Assembly: GCA_051294905.1 (NCBI GenBank)
Contig: CM119377.1
Coordinates: 21,018,001 to 21,082,000 of the forward strand
Length of the DNA: 64,000 nucleotides
Direction: 5' to 3'
Origin: Botryllus schlosseri
Taxonomy: Eukaryota
Part shown: positions 14,267-25,330 of the stretch, piece by piece
How positions within the stretch are numbered: the stretch's first letter is position 1
How the letters are laid out: each line of letters opens with the position of its first letter
Program-made: the position numbers and the translations under genes
Notes under the pieces: generated by a model
What the model saw: only the letters and a program-made list of their open reading frames with translations
Databases searched by the model: none
Told to the model about the DNA's origin: nothing

Positions 14267-15282
14267 ATGTAGCTATACAATTACTTACGTGTTTTATTAG
14301 CAGTTCTACGTGTGCGTGAGAGATACAACGCCTTTTTGAATGTATATTTAACTTCATTAATTCGTTATTTGATTCAGGATAAATGACCAATTGATCTCTT
14401 TAACACAGCTAGTAAAATATAATGAATTTAAATGATCACTCATACTTCAAAAATTCAATTTGACTTGAATCGTGACTTGACTCGTGACTTGACTTGACTT
14501 GACTTGACTCGAGTCACCTCCAAAAATCTAGTGACTTGACTTGACTCGAGTCACCTTTGAAAATCGATTGACTTGACTTGACTCGAGTCAAAATGTGCAA
14601 TGACTCGAGATGACTCGTGACTCGAAGGTAGTGACTTGATCTCAACACTGTCTGATAGTAAATGCAATGTTTATTTTCTTGCCGTATCCTGCAGTTTGCA
14701 TCAAATATGTGTGTGAAATATCCTCGGATGGTTGCATTCTCTAACCGAAAATGGGAGAAAGCATCGGCCTAGATCGATAGCACTACCTTTATTCTTAATA
14801 ATTCAATTGAACCATTGGCTAGATAACTTATTATATGGTAAAACTGTGGATTTGTATATGGTATGGAAAAGTAATTCGGCTAAATTCGTGAAAATTAGCA
14901 TATTTTGGGCGTATTTCGTAGAGCAAAAACTTGACGTGATAGAAGAAAACCAGTGGCATTTCTGGAATCTACCCGCCAAAATTAGCCCAAATCAAGTGCA
15001 AAATCGAAATCAACAAATTTTTGTTCAAAATTGTTGCCCAGTGTTTTTGCCGATTTAAAGTTTGAAGCAGGGACGTATTCATCCTCATGAAATAACAGAA
15101 GTGCTCGAGTTACAAATATCGGTGTGATATCATACCACCTTCGATAATGTGTCTTGTACTCTTCAAGCACTTTACAGAAAGTTGTCATTTTCAGGGGATG
15201 ACGTCATTTCCATCAATGGAAAGACCGCAAGACACGACTGTTTGCAAACGCCAATATTAACAGATTTGCTGGCTATGATGCA

Positions 15283-18200
15283 ATGAGATTTACCCATGCA
15301 TATCGTGGATGTCAATTAAATGGACAAGCACCTCGCATAGCAACGTATACATGTCGGCCCTTGAACTACGTATTTAAGGGCTTGAATCGAACCCAAACTT
15401 TTCACAAAAATTCCACCCGTTCTCAAAACTTGTTTCCTTCATCAAGTCCCGAGTACAACCCACGCCAGAACATCGATGGTATCAGATTGGTGCAAAATCG
15501 TGGCATATTTCGATATGTCCCCGCCTCTGTGGTGCATCCGACCATTTGCGAACATAACCAACCAACCGCTAAAAACCCATATGTGCCGTCGCAACATGCA
15601 TACTTCATTGGCTGCAAAAGGAACGTTGTTCCTACGACACAAGGAGGGAAAGTTCCATCCATTAACCTGAGGAAGTTTACGGGGTCTTCCTTTCCGCATG
15701 GCGGCTCTTCTCTGTCAGGGGTTAAAACGCCCCATACACCCAAAGCGCATTATTGTGGAAATCCAAGGAATCCAATGAATGCAAAGAAGGATTGGCAGTC
15801 GAAACATAGATCGGTGCTGTTGAAAGGAGGGCAAGTTCCATACATCAACCTACGGGTAGTTTCAGGGTCTTCTTCTCCTCATAGCGAGTCGCCTTTGTCA
15901 AGGATAAGAACGTCCCATACACCCAAAGCGCATTATAGTGGAACTGCAAGGAATCCCACCAATGCAAAGAAGGATTGGCAGTCGAAACATCGATCGGTGC
16001 TGTTGAAAGGTCCCTGTTCCTTGCCGAGTGCTCTAGTAGATCCTCGAACAACGCAAGGAGCTGCCAGTGTCATAGATAATTCGAATGTTTGTGAAGGTGT
16101 TGAATGCCGTCCATCCATCGATCCTGCTCGTTATCAAACGGATTTTTCTAATTCAACTCAAAGACGTCGATCAGGACTTCATCCAAACAACTCTCTCAAA
16201 ACTGTTGCACGTGTGTCTATTGACTCTAAACCGTTGCTTGGCATTGTTCCAGCACACTCTGACAATCACTATGCCATCGGAACACAAAAGAATGCTCCAC
16301 TGACAACCGAAACAACCATCGTCACCCTTGGTAGCTACGTGTCAGACGAAAGTGACCAATCAAACACTTGTAAAAATACTGATGATAATAATTTTGCACC
16401 TGTCGTGCGAACAAGTCTTTTGACATCAGTCTCAAACACTCATAACATGACGCCACATGTGGATATAGGCAAATGTGGACATTCGAAGCCTTTCGACCAA
16501 AACACTGAAGCAGATTTCCAATCCTGTATTCTGCCACCGGCAAAAATCCAATCCTCTGATATTATCTCATCGGAGGATGAAAATAATGATCAGTTTGTAC
16601 CTGATGACTCGCTGTCACAATTTCACCACGCAAACGATATGTATTCCGGGTTAAATGGTACCGCGAATGACGACAAACATAAGCATGAAAACTGTTCCGC
16701 TAAAGACGCAATGAAGAGTGACCGTCTTCCAGCCGGTAAACAGAAAACTTTGTCCGATTCAACGAACGAAAAACGTAGTTTGTTCAGACCGGCCGTTACA
16801 GTTAACCATGACGAATCGATCGGGGATAAGTTGGACGATACATCTACACCTAGCGAGAACGATGAAGGTTTCCGTGGAGGGCAACAGTCTGATGATGATG
16901 GCTTTTCTATTTCGTCTACGCTCTCGTCAGAGATGGCAAACACCGGAACGCAGCATAGCAGTGATTCGTTTATTCACGACTCAACAGATGGAACTGACGA
17001 CGGCCGAAATGACGAAAGTCAAATGAAGCTGAACGAAGGGTTAAGCTCTATGATGCGTCGAAACAGCAACGATGCCAGCTGCGGAATCACACCGGTAGAT
17101 ACATACCCGGATGTAAACGCTGAATTTGGTGATTATCAAACTAATTATCCGGTTTTGAGTCATACGAAAGAAAGAGAACTCGTGAACGAATTGAGTTCGG
17201 AAAACGACTTGCCATGTTGCTATGACTACAAGTCTGTTTTAGAAGCGGCGCAACGAGCCAAACGTAAAAATTTGGCAAAGTCATCTGGTGTTAAACGAAA
17301 ACTGGTAATGGACGAATGCAATAACTACACATCGACCAATCTTTCGCGTGAAAAGACCCTCCGTCGTAAGAGCGATGGCGACACATCTTCCACGAAGCGC
17401 CGCCGATATAAACGGATCATTGAACCGCCAACGTCTGATTCTGAAGATGGGAGAGAATGCAAAAAAGATACAAGACAAAGAAAACCGAAAACGAAGCGAA
17501 CACGAAATAAATCGCATCTTATCATAGAGCTGTTTAGTTCGTTAATTTGCGATAGTGAAGAAAGTGACCTAGATTTGGGACTACACGTACACAAACCGGT
17601 ATCGTTTGTAAAATGCTCAAGTCCCATTATTGCATCAACCCCATTAACCGCTGGCATTGAGGATGAAAACGGTATTCCCATATTCCCAAATGTTAGTCAT
17701 TCTGACAGTGATGTAGATGTGGACCTAGTAAATAAAGTATCACCGTACAATTCATGCGTTGATAACAGTGATCTTGAAGATACGCTCGATTACATTCACC
17801 CCCGCACTATAGGTGTGCGCAAACCGGTATCGTCTGTAAAATGCTCATCTCCCATTGATGCATCAACCCTTTTAACCGATAGCATCAATGTTGAAGACGC
17901 TATTCCGATAACTACAAAACGTGCGCGAATAGGGACGGAGACCTACGGCAAAAAATGTGAACAATTGCCTTATATGGATGGTCCTGATACGGTGGATCGT
18001 TGGACGAAATGTAAGGTGGTGTTAGAGAAAATTCAGGACGATTCGGATTTCATAAAATCCCGAGTGTGTTTCTCTGCGAGTAATAAAGTTGGAAGCTCAA
18101 AATTCGATTACGTTTGTCAAAATACTGAAGAAACGGGAACTCGTAAATATGGTTCAAAAATTAGTTTCGCTAAAGTGTTAACCGAATCAGATCAAGACGC

Positions 18201-18546
18201 TGACAGTGATGTTGATATGGATGAAATAAATAACGTATCACCTCACAGTTTATGCGTTGATGATAGTGATTTTGAAGATACGCTCGATTACATTCACCCC
18301 CGCACTATAGGTGTGCACAAACCGGTATCGTTTGTAAAATGCTCAGTTCCCATTAATGCATCAACCCTTTTAACTGATAGCAATACGGGTGAAGACGTTA
18401 TTACCATAGCTACAAAACGTCTGCGAATTGAAACGGAGAGCTGCGGCGCGAAAAGTGAAAAATTGTCAAATATCATTAGTCCTGATGCGGTGGATCGTTG
18501 GACCAAATGTAAGGTGGTGTTACAAAAGATTCAGGACGATTCGTAA
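15283..18546 (+). CDS. Uncharacterised 1087-aa Ser/Asp-rich, probably disordered protein with internal repeats; truncated part of a longer decayed ORF
   Basis: 3.26-kb uninterrupted frame in AT-rich DNA; 61-aa and 166-aa frame-preserving internal repeats; basic NLS-like patches (KRRRYKR, RQRKPKTKRTRNK); no domain recognised. Confidence 0.75.
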   Translation: MRFTHAYRGCQLNGQAPRIATYTCRPLNYVFKGLNRTQTFHKNSTRSQNLFPSSSPEYNPRQNIDGIRLVQNRGIFRYVPASVVHPTICEHNQPTAKNPYVPSQHAYFIGCKRNVVPTTQGGKVPSINLRKFTGSSFPHGGSSLSGVKTPHTPKAHYCGNPRNPMNAKKDWQSKHRSVLLKGGQVPYINLRVVSGSSSPHSESPLSRIRTSHTPKAHYSGTARNPTNAKKDWQSKHRSVLLKGPCSLPSALVDPRTTQGAASVIDNSNVCEGVECRPSIDPARYQTDFSNSTQRRRSGLHPNNSLKTVARVSIDSKPLLGIVPAHSDNHYAIGTQKNAPLTTETTIVTLGSYVSDESDQSNTCKNTDDNNFAPVVRTSLLTSVSNTHNMTPHVDIGKCGHSKPFDQNTEADFQSCILPPAKIQSSDIISSEDENNDQFVPDDSLSQFHHANDMYSGLNGTANDDKHKHENCSAKDAMKSDRLPAGKQKTLSDSTNEKRSLFRPAVTVNHDESIGDKLDDTSTPSENDEGFRGGQQSDDDGFSISSTLSSEMANTGTQHSSDSFIHDSTDGTDDGRNDESQMKLNEGLSSMMRRNSNDASCGITPVDTYPDVNAEFGDYQTNYPVLSHTKERELVNELSSENDLPCCYDYKSVLEAAQRAKRKNLAKSSGVKRKLVMDECNNYTSTNLSREKTLRRKSDGDTSSTKRRRYKRIIEPPTSDSEDGRECKKDTRQRKPKTKRTRNKSHLIIELFSSLICDSEESDLDLGLHVHKPVSFVKCSSPIIASTPLTAGIEDENGIPIFPNVSHSDSDVDVDLVNKVSPYNSCVDNSDLEDTLDYIHPRTIGVRKPVSSVKCSSPIDASTLLTDSINVEDAIPITTKRARIGTETYGKKCEQLPYMDGPDTVDRWTKCKVVLEKIQDDSDFIKSRVCFSASNKVGSSKFDYVCQNTEETGTRKYGSKISFAKVLTESDQDADSDVDMDEINNVSPHSLCVDDSDFEDTLDYIHPRTIGVHKPVSFVKCSVPINASTLLTDSNTGEDVITIATKRLRIETESCGAKSEKLSNIISPDAVDRWTKCKVVLQKIQDDS

Positions 18547-19539
18547 TTCATAAAATCCCGAGTGCGTTTCTCCGGGGGTTATGAAGTTGGACGCATAGAT
18601 TTCGAGTACGTTTTTGCAAATACTGAAGAAACGGAAACTCGTAAAGATGGTTCAAAATAAATTGGTAAACGAAGCAGATGGTGACGCTGACGCAGGCAAC
18701 ATAAAAAAGTTCGAAGACGATAAAGTGCCATCGGATGTTAATATTTCTGACAGTGATGTAGATCTGGAGGGAGTAAATAACGAGTCACCTCACAATTCAT
18801 ACATCGATAACAGTGATCTTGAAGATACGGTCGATTATATTTTCGCCCGCACTATGCGTAATTCCAAAAAAATACCAAGAAAGTAATCATCTAATGAATC
18901 GTAAGTTCGGCTCTTTTGATGAATACAAAGACGGTGGGAAATGCTCCAACGAGCTTCAATTCGAGGCAGCCTGCCGACAAGAAAGTTGCTCATCAGAAAG
19001 GTCCTTCTGTAGTGAGGACAACACTTTATCATTTAGTTTTACCTCAACTGATTCGACGTGTTGGTTGCAGAAATGCAAAGACCTCGATCATATAATGGAT
19101 GGCCCTTTACTGATGGAAGCGTGTCACAGGAAAGTGCCAGTGATACTGATAACGAATTGTACTAGGCAACAAATAGAGTGAAAGATATATCTGGAGTATT
19201 CCCCAATCATGTAGACTGTGGTAATGATGGTGCAGACACAGAGAATTTTGTTAATGCCGTGCTGCATGACCGTGACCGATCCACCCAACGATTGACGGTG
19301 CTGAAGTTCTATTGATCAAATCTCTGAAAATGAGAAATCTCTGGTCTCAGAAAACTCTGCTACGACGAAAACAGAAGAGAGCAAAAAGTCAAATAGGCCA
19401 TAGTTCTCCACATTTCATACCTATAAAGCCTGACATCACACTGCAATCAAATACCGATATGCGCGATACTCTACCTCAGGACGAAAATCATCGAACCGAC
19501 CTCACTTCACTCACCACGGCAATTGAAGCGCGGTTCTAA
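18547..19539 (+). pseudogene. Disrupted 3' continuation of the large ORF
   Basis: Stop at 18544-18546 (TCG TAA TTC) aligns with TCG GAT TTC in the previous repeat unit; third repeat unit (SDSDVDL...SDLEDTVDYI) resumes in another frame (ORF 18614-18886); similar-composition ORF pieces at 18813-19181 and 19312-19539. Confidence 0.65.
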
Positions 19540-21424
19540 GAAGAGAGTTCTAATTTAAGTAATGAAAAGGAACCTCAGTAAGGTAACCGATAATTTAAAA
19601 TGATTTCACGTCGCACTTTCAGTAGGTTTATTTGTACTGCTGTACTATTTCACAACATTGATTAAAAATAACACTGCCGCGACGTAATCAACGACTTCTT
19701 TCATCGTTTCAGCACGTACATCCTCTCAACGATTCTACTAATACAGATCCACCAGAAATAGACTGATCACGCTTGCGGCATATCCAGACATTGCACCACC
19801 TTGCGCCTCTACACGCTACATCAAATTTTCATTTCCTCGGACAGTGGTTCGTATCGCGGCTCTAGCTTGTTTCGAAGTGTCTCAGGATTCTCTGGTCTCC
19901 TCCCAGTGTCGTTGGTCTTACGGCCTATTGATATCAGAGACCTAAACCCCACTGAAGATATATATGACTGTATGTATATATGCGCGTTACCGAGCCTTAT
20001 TTTTTGTTTTCTATTGTTATTATGATTTGAATCGAAGTATCTTGCCTTATGTTTCTTTGTGTTCTGAACCAAATACAAGCAATACCATTGCACTTCTGTC
20101 GAATCGCGACTAGAACAATGTTTGTGCTGCTTATTCTTGTGGCGACAAGTGGTCTTGGCATCGAATATTGAGCCGTCCCGTTTAATGCATCTTCCCTGTG
20201 AAAAATGATATTCGCAACAATGTTATGACCTAATAGCGTGCATCAAACCTTACTGAATTGAATATTGACCGTTGTCCCTTGCCTAACGCACTTCGTTGCT
20301 GTCCACGACGTGAGTCCCGACGGGGAATCCATATTTTTTCAGGGATATAGTTTATTGCGGTGCTTTGCAACCTTTTTGAGCACCATTCGCAATTTTTTAC
20401 CAAAATAAATTTCATTCGCACAAACCAACCGAAAATTGTTACACAAAAATAAAATGACGATACTAAGCAATATTTTGTACGTGAGTTCAATAAGTAGGCT
20501 ACCGATTTAGGCCATTGAGTGTCTCTTTAAAAATACAATGATATTTCTTCCTTTTGATTGCAACTATAGTACACTAAAATCTTTTCTGTGGAATAAGTTG
20601 GTGGGTTTGGTACAAAAAATTCTAGTACTTGGATGGCCAGTTCTCCCATAAAAATACACCGTCTTTTCCACGAGTGGCAAATGCTTTCTTACAGATACAA
20701 AGGCTTTAGTGGTATCTTGCGACCCAAACCCCGCACATCCAAAAGAATACATTTTTAATATTAGTATGCTACGATTTTGCGGACATGTATGACACATAGA
20801 ACAATTTTACGCAGCGAAGCTCTACGAAGCACGTTTTACGCGCGTGATTTCAAATTGGGAGAATTGTCTTCGTCCGAAGGACGTAATTGTACTACTGAAA
20901 TTGTCTACTTAGATTGCGAGGATGGGACTATCCGGTGTCCACTGCCGACCCTTCCAACGACCGATAATACCAATACCGAAAGTTTTGGCCAATTCGCCAC
21001 GGTAATGTTTAATCACGGTTTTGTCGCCGCCCATCTTTTTGACACCGCACTTTTCAAGCGGTGTTGGCCGAAGCTTTACGTCTTTATGTGTCCCGCCACA
21101 GAATGGGTTGGCCTCGACATCAATGTGTCTCGTAGGACCTCGCCCTTCAGCAGCAAACCTCTACACTAAAGCATTGCAACGGTCTTCGACTGTGATTTAT
21201 AGAGAAACCAGTCGGACAAATCTTATCGTGAATTCAAACCAATTTGTGTAATACAAAGGTCAACAAATTTACATGATCAAGCCATATTTTTTGCGTGGTC
21301 TCGCTTATTTAATTGGTTATACCACCCAACACCGTGACTTTGGCTGTGTTAACCAAAATCCATGAAAATGGCGTGAAGCGCGAAGAAATTAATATAAAAT
21401 TGAACAAATAAAACATTAACTGCC

Positions 21425-21532
21425 CGCTCTGGTGCCGTGGCGACTCAAAATTATACCGTTTGCGACCCATACTTTTACATGGGTATTGGTCGCGACAAGG
21501 GTATAAATTTGGGTCACGGCCGCATCAGAGCG
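21425..21532. repeat. Imperfect 108-bp palindrome (mini-MITE-like hairpin)
   Basis: Arms CGCTCTGGTGCCGTGGCGACTCAAAATTATACC... and ...GGTATAAATTTGGGTCACGGCCGCATCAGAGCG. Confidence 0.7.
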
Positions 21533-23139
21533 ATCTTTTATTATCCATGTGATATTTGCTGAATTTCCTGCAACAAAAATATTATTCGCGCATCCCGCGT
21601 TCCACTGTGGATACGTCGTGTTAATAAATGTCCAAGTTGAATGTGTTGGGTACTACAGCAAGAAACGAGGCGAAGAAAATTGGTTACGATGACGCGGCTT
21701 GATCATGAAATGTTCTGAAACTTGTATTAGTTGTATTATGAAAAATGTTTGATGCTATGACATGATTTGCCCGACACTAACTGCTCTAGAAAGCTTTAAC
21801 TGGCGCGGGTATTATTCGGACAGGGTAGCTTGCATCGGTAATAAATAGGTAGGTACTTTTTTAAACTAGCACATCAACGGTAAATATGAAATTGGGTAGA
21901 AATACTTTTTATTTGACTGACGTCAAAGTGCAAAATTACTTGAACGCTGAATTATCAGCGTCAAAAACGGCACAAGCTCAATTCAAAAATTAATAGGCGA
22001 ATTCTGCGCAGATTTGCCGACCAAATTTACTTTTATTTAATTTTCCGATTTTTTTAAATTTTCATTCATTTTCAAGTTTTATGATATATCGTCTTTTTAC
22101 ACGTGTCCGGTATTCTTCTTGAATGCATGAGCTGTCAACTACAGTTCGGTCCAAATTACTCGCTTTAAGCCGGGCTTGCAAAACATACTTTACACTGAAC
22201 AATGCCATCAGGCCCCATATGCAATGCGGAGTAAATGAACAGATGTTTGCGGTATTAAGTACATTTCTATGGAAAATTCAAAAGGCCATCGTGTTTTGGG
22301 GTGTTCTGATGAAGTAGGCTACTGTTACGGTATTGATTACGCAACATAGCCGACGTGCGCCGTTATAGGAACGTATGACAACTAATAGTAGGCCTACTGT
22401 GTAAGCTTATCATACGACAATCCTCACGACCACAGCGATGAAGGGATCACATGATTTGACCCATTCATTTGCACAGAAGTGGGCGTGGGCGCACGCCGAA
22501 AGAGCAGTACCGATGGAAATTTTAACTGTTGCAGATATGAAGTGAATCACAGTCACGATTGTGTAATATTGACTGCACTGTTATAAGTGTCCTTCTAACA
22601 AACTTATAGATAACATGTTATGGTTCGAAATCCACGGTCCAAGATTTTCTCCGGTATTCATGGCGTTTCGACTGCATTAGTGATTTTACACCACAGGGCG
22701 ACAGTGACGTGCGGAGAGGTTCATGGCTGGTGAGGCACACCCGCCCCCCATACAAGGACACACACAAACACGTATGCACGTAACAATAGCAGCGGTCATA
22801 GAGACCATCTTCTGTGCACAGCTGCACACTAATAGCCGTTGCAATTCCATATTTTACAATACATATAGGACTGGACGCTATTGTGCTAAATAGGCATGTT
22901 TTTGACGGATAGTAATTACTATCTCTTCAAATACCGGTATAAATTATTCGAAGCACATGAAAATAGCATCCTCAGTTACAAATATTATCAGTAAAAAAAC
23001 ACTAGATTTGCCGAATTTCGAAGGAAAATGTACTATAGGCCAATTCAAATTACACTAGATCTAGTGTAAAATAACTAGGACTGGGACCACTGACCAAACA
23101 GCGACAACACAGGCTATGTAGGCTAAGTATAGCTATCAC

Positions 23140-24585
23140 CAATGTTCCCTCTAATTTTTCACGAGTCTGCGCTGACACGTTAACTCACTGCGCAGGACCT
23201 TGGACAATAGTGCGCAACCAGCCCCCCACATAAGATGATAAACCGAACCCCCTATCGGGCTCTGCGCATTTTGCCGATACTTACCATCTACATCGGGGGC
23301 CGGTTTGGTGGTTGCGTCGTCTGAACGCGCGAAGCGCGAAAATTTTATTTGATTCATGATTGAATCGGTCAATATGATCGGGAATTGCATATATCTATTG
23401 CTGTCCATTTTTATCCTCTCTCTGCTCACATAATCAGATTTACCGGTAACGCTGATCGAGAGTGAGGTGTGTTAGAAAAGGTAGGTCCTCTAAATATTAA
23501 TTAAACATCTTCGGGCGCACCCGTTGGTATAATAACTTCGTTACATGATGCTATTTCGTGACCTCCTATCGGCTATGTCAAAAGACATTGAAATCGCTCA
23601 AACGTACTAAACTAAAACACGAACACGATTTAAAATTGGTATTTCTCTACTGGCAAATAATGTTCCCTCGACATGGCATTTGTCTTGTTGTGGGAATCGG
23701 ATCGCCAGCACATGAACATTCAGAGCCAGCTATTTACGCGCCTATGGACAATTAAACTTATATGTATGAATCGAAGTTTTCGGTCAGCATATAGGGCAGT
23801 CCTTTTCGGCCAAGGTTTTCTCGCTGCTGATCGTTTTGGCGCACTTCTTGGAGTCGCATGTCACATAGTCTATAACTTCATATGTCTTGGTGCGTCGTGG
23901 CAAGGTAATGGCCGACGCCCAAGTGCCCATTTCTCTTCATCACGCGTATTTTTTGTTGTGGGAAGGGTACCCAATAATCAACATATTTGACAAAATATTT
24001 TGAAAAATTCCAAAAAAATACATCATGATTTATGTTAATTCACGAAATAATTTTGGGCTCCCTTCGATCTCGGCCCCCTAATTGAGGGGTTGGGGTGCGG
24101 CAGTTACGGTCCTGAGGAAATCTTACACAATGTTCATGACACGCGGAGAAGACTATGCGCTAGTTTCTCGCAGATTAACTTCGAGTTAGCCCATTGTTAT
24201 TTATAACTTTGCTAAAGCATGTTATTCCGCCATTGCCAGAAAATAATGCGCTATTGAAATGATATCAGTATCGCTCACGCGTACGAAACCATGCTAAAAG
24301 AAATGATTTTTCGTTAGGTGCTCGTGATTGCAAAGACTCATTTCTTCACGGAGCGCGATATTTACCTTTGCGGGCCTCACTGGTACCTCGGTGTAAGATT
24401 TCAGCGATAACACTATTTGCCCCTGGCAATGTTCCCTCAAATTTTTCACGAGTTTGCGCGTCTGCGTGATCCCTTGGACAACAGTGCGCAACGACTTAAA
24501 AAAACATCACATTCGGATTTTCTGTGCGCAGAGACCGCTTCAGCACTGCGCATTTGCGCACGTGCGCAGCTTAGAGGGAACATTG
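23140..24585. mobile_element. Composite hAT MITE family E (two left ends, one right end)
   Basis: CAATGTTCCCTCTAA at 23140, second CAATGTTCCCTCAAA at 24427, right end TTAGAGGGAACATTG; TSD GCTATCAC flanks the outermost ends. Confidence 0.85.
23320..24114 (-). mobile_element. Family D element, copy 1
   Basis: About 800 bp is the reverse complement of ~46533-47190; end GGTGCGGCAGTTACGGTCCTG; left boundary approximate. Confidence 0.75.
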
Positions 24586-25099
24586 GCTATCACATACCCC
24601 AATTAGGGGTTATAGGTATTGCAGTCGAACACAGCATAAAGGATACAAACAACGACAATTTAGCTTATGCAAGGAGCTATCACATACCTCAATTTAACGT
24701 AGCTATGCATGGAAAATATATAACAGCTATATAAATAAAGGAATGTTTTGGCTCCGCATTGCGTATTGGCCGTCGCTACTATATAATTCCAAGCTACGAC
24801 TCCTACGAGGCAGTTGGATTCCAGAATCGATAGCGCGTTTGATGATGTTGGGTGATAAAATGTTCAAATATGGTTATTTATAAACATTGATGTAAAACAT
24901 CAATAAATCATCGACTCATCGAGGGTTTTCACGATTTTCACTTATTCCCCCATACGACAGGCGAGGCACTGCCTCACCTGCCTCATTGGACCGCACGTCA
25001 CTGCAGGGCGATATTCTTTATATCATGATTATGTGTCTGCCCAATTGTAGCACGATCTACTTCTAGGCTTTTTCAGAAACCTCTCACGGCAAAGAAAAT

Positions 25100-25185
25100 C
25101 GTAGATAAATCTCCAACAAGTAGCTAAGAATTCTGTAGTCGTGGAGTCGAACTCGCAACCCATTGGTGTTGCAGCTGTGTAAAGG
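25100..25185 (-). mobile_element. Degenerate head of the same tRNA-derived SINE
   Basis: GAGTCGAACTCGCAACCCATTGGTGTTGCAGC matches 6403-6435; followed directly by a hAT MITE end at 25196. Confidence 0.65.
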
Positions 25186-25195
25186 ACCCCTACAC

Positions 25196-25330
25196 CAGGG
25201 GTGGCCAACTTGGAGTCGTAGAAGGAAAATCGTGCGGTCGTCTATACATAATTGTAAAAGCGTGTGTTGGCAGCCGTCAACTTGCAATTTCAATTGAAGA
25301 ATTGAAATAAAATCTCTCAAAAATCTGTGA
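25196..25330 (+). mobile_element. hAT MITE fragment (family I)
   Basis: CAGGGGTGGCCAAC start; homologous inverted fragment at ~49620-49748. Confidence 0.6.

Larger units (their letters stand above)
12060..14650 (+). mobile_element. hAT MITE family F, copy 1, (GACTCGAGTCAA/GACTT)n arrays
   Basis: TIRs CAGTGTTGGGAT / ATCTCAACACTG; perfect TSD TCTGATAG; inverted copy at 36389-37375. Confidence 0.92.
22702..25003. mobile_element. hAT MITE family J containing nested E and D elements
   Basis: TIRs CAGTGACGTGCGG / CCGCACGTCACTG; perfect TSD CAGGGCGA. Confidence 0.9.

Noticed and set aside
14740-22110. Long TIRs bracketing the orphan ORF (~14870-14960 versus ~21895-22030)
   Set aside because: Only faint similarity by eye and no TSD
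23050-23078. Helitron 3' end (20-bp perfect palindrome followed by CTAG)
   Set aside because: Spacing is short, the next base is not T and no 5' end was found
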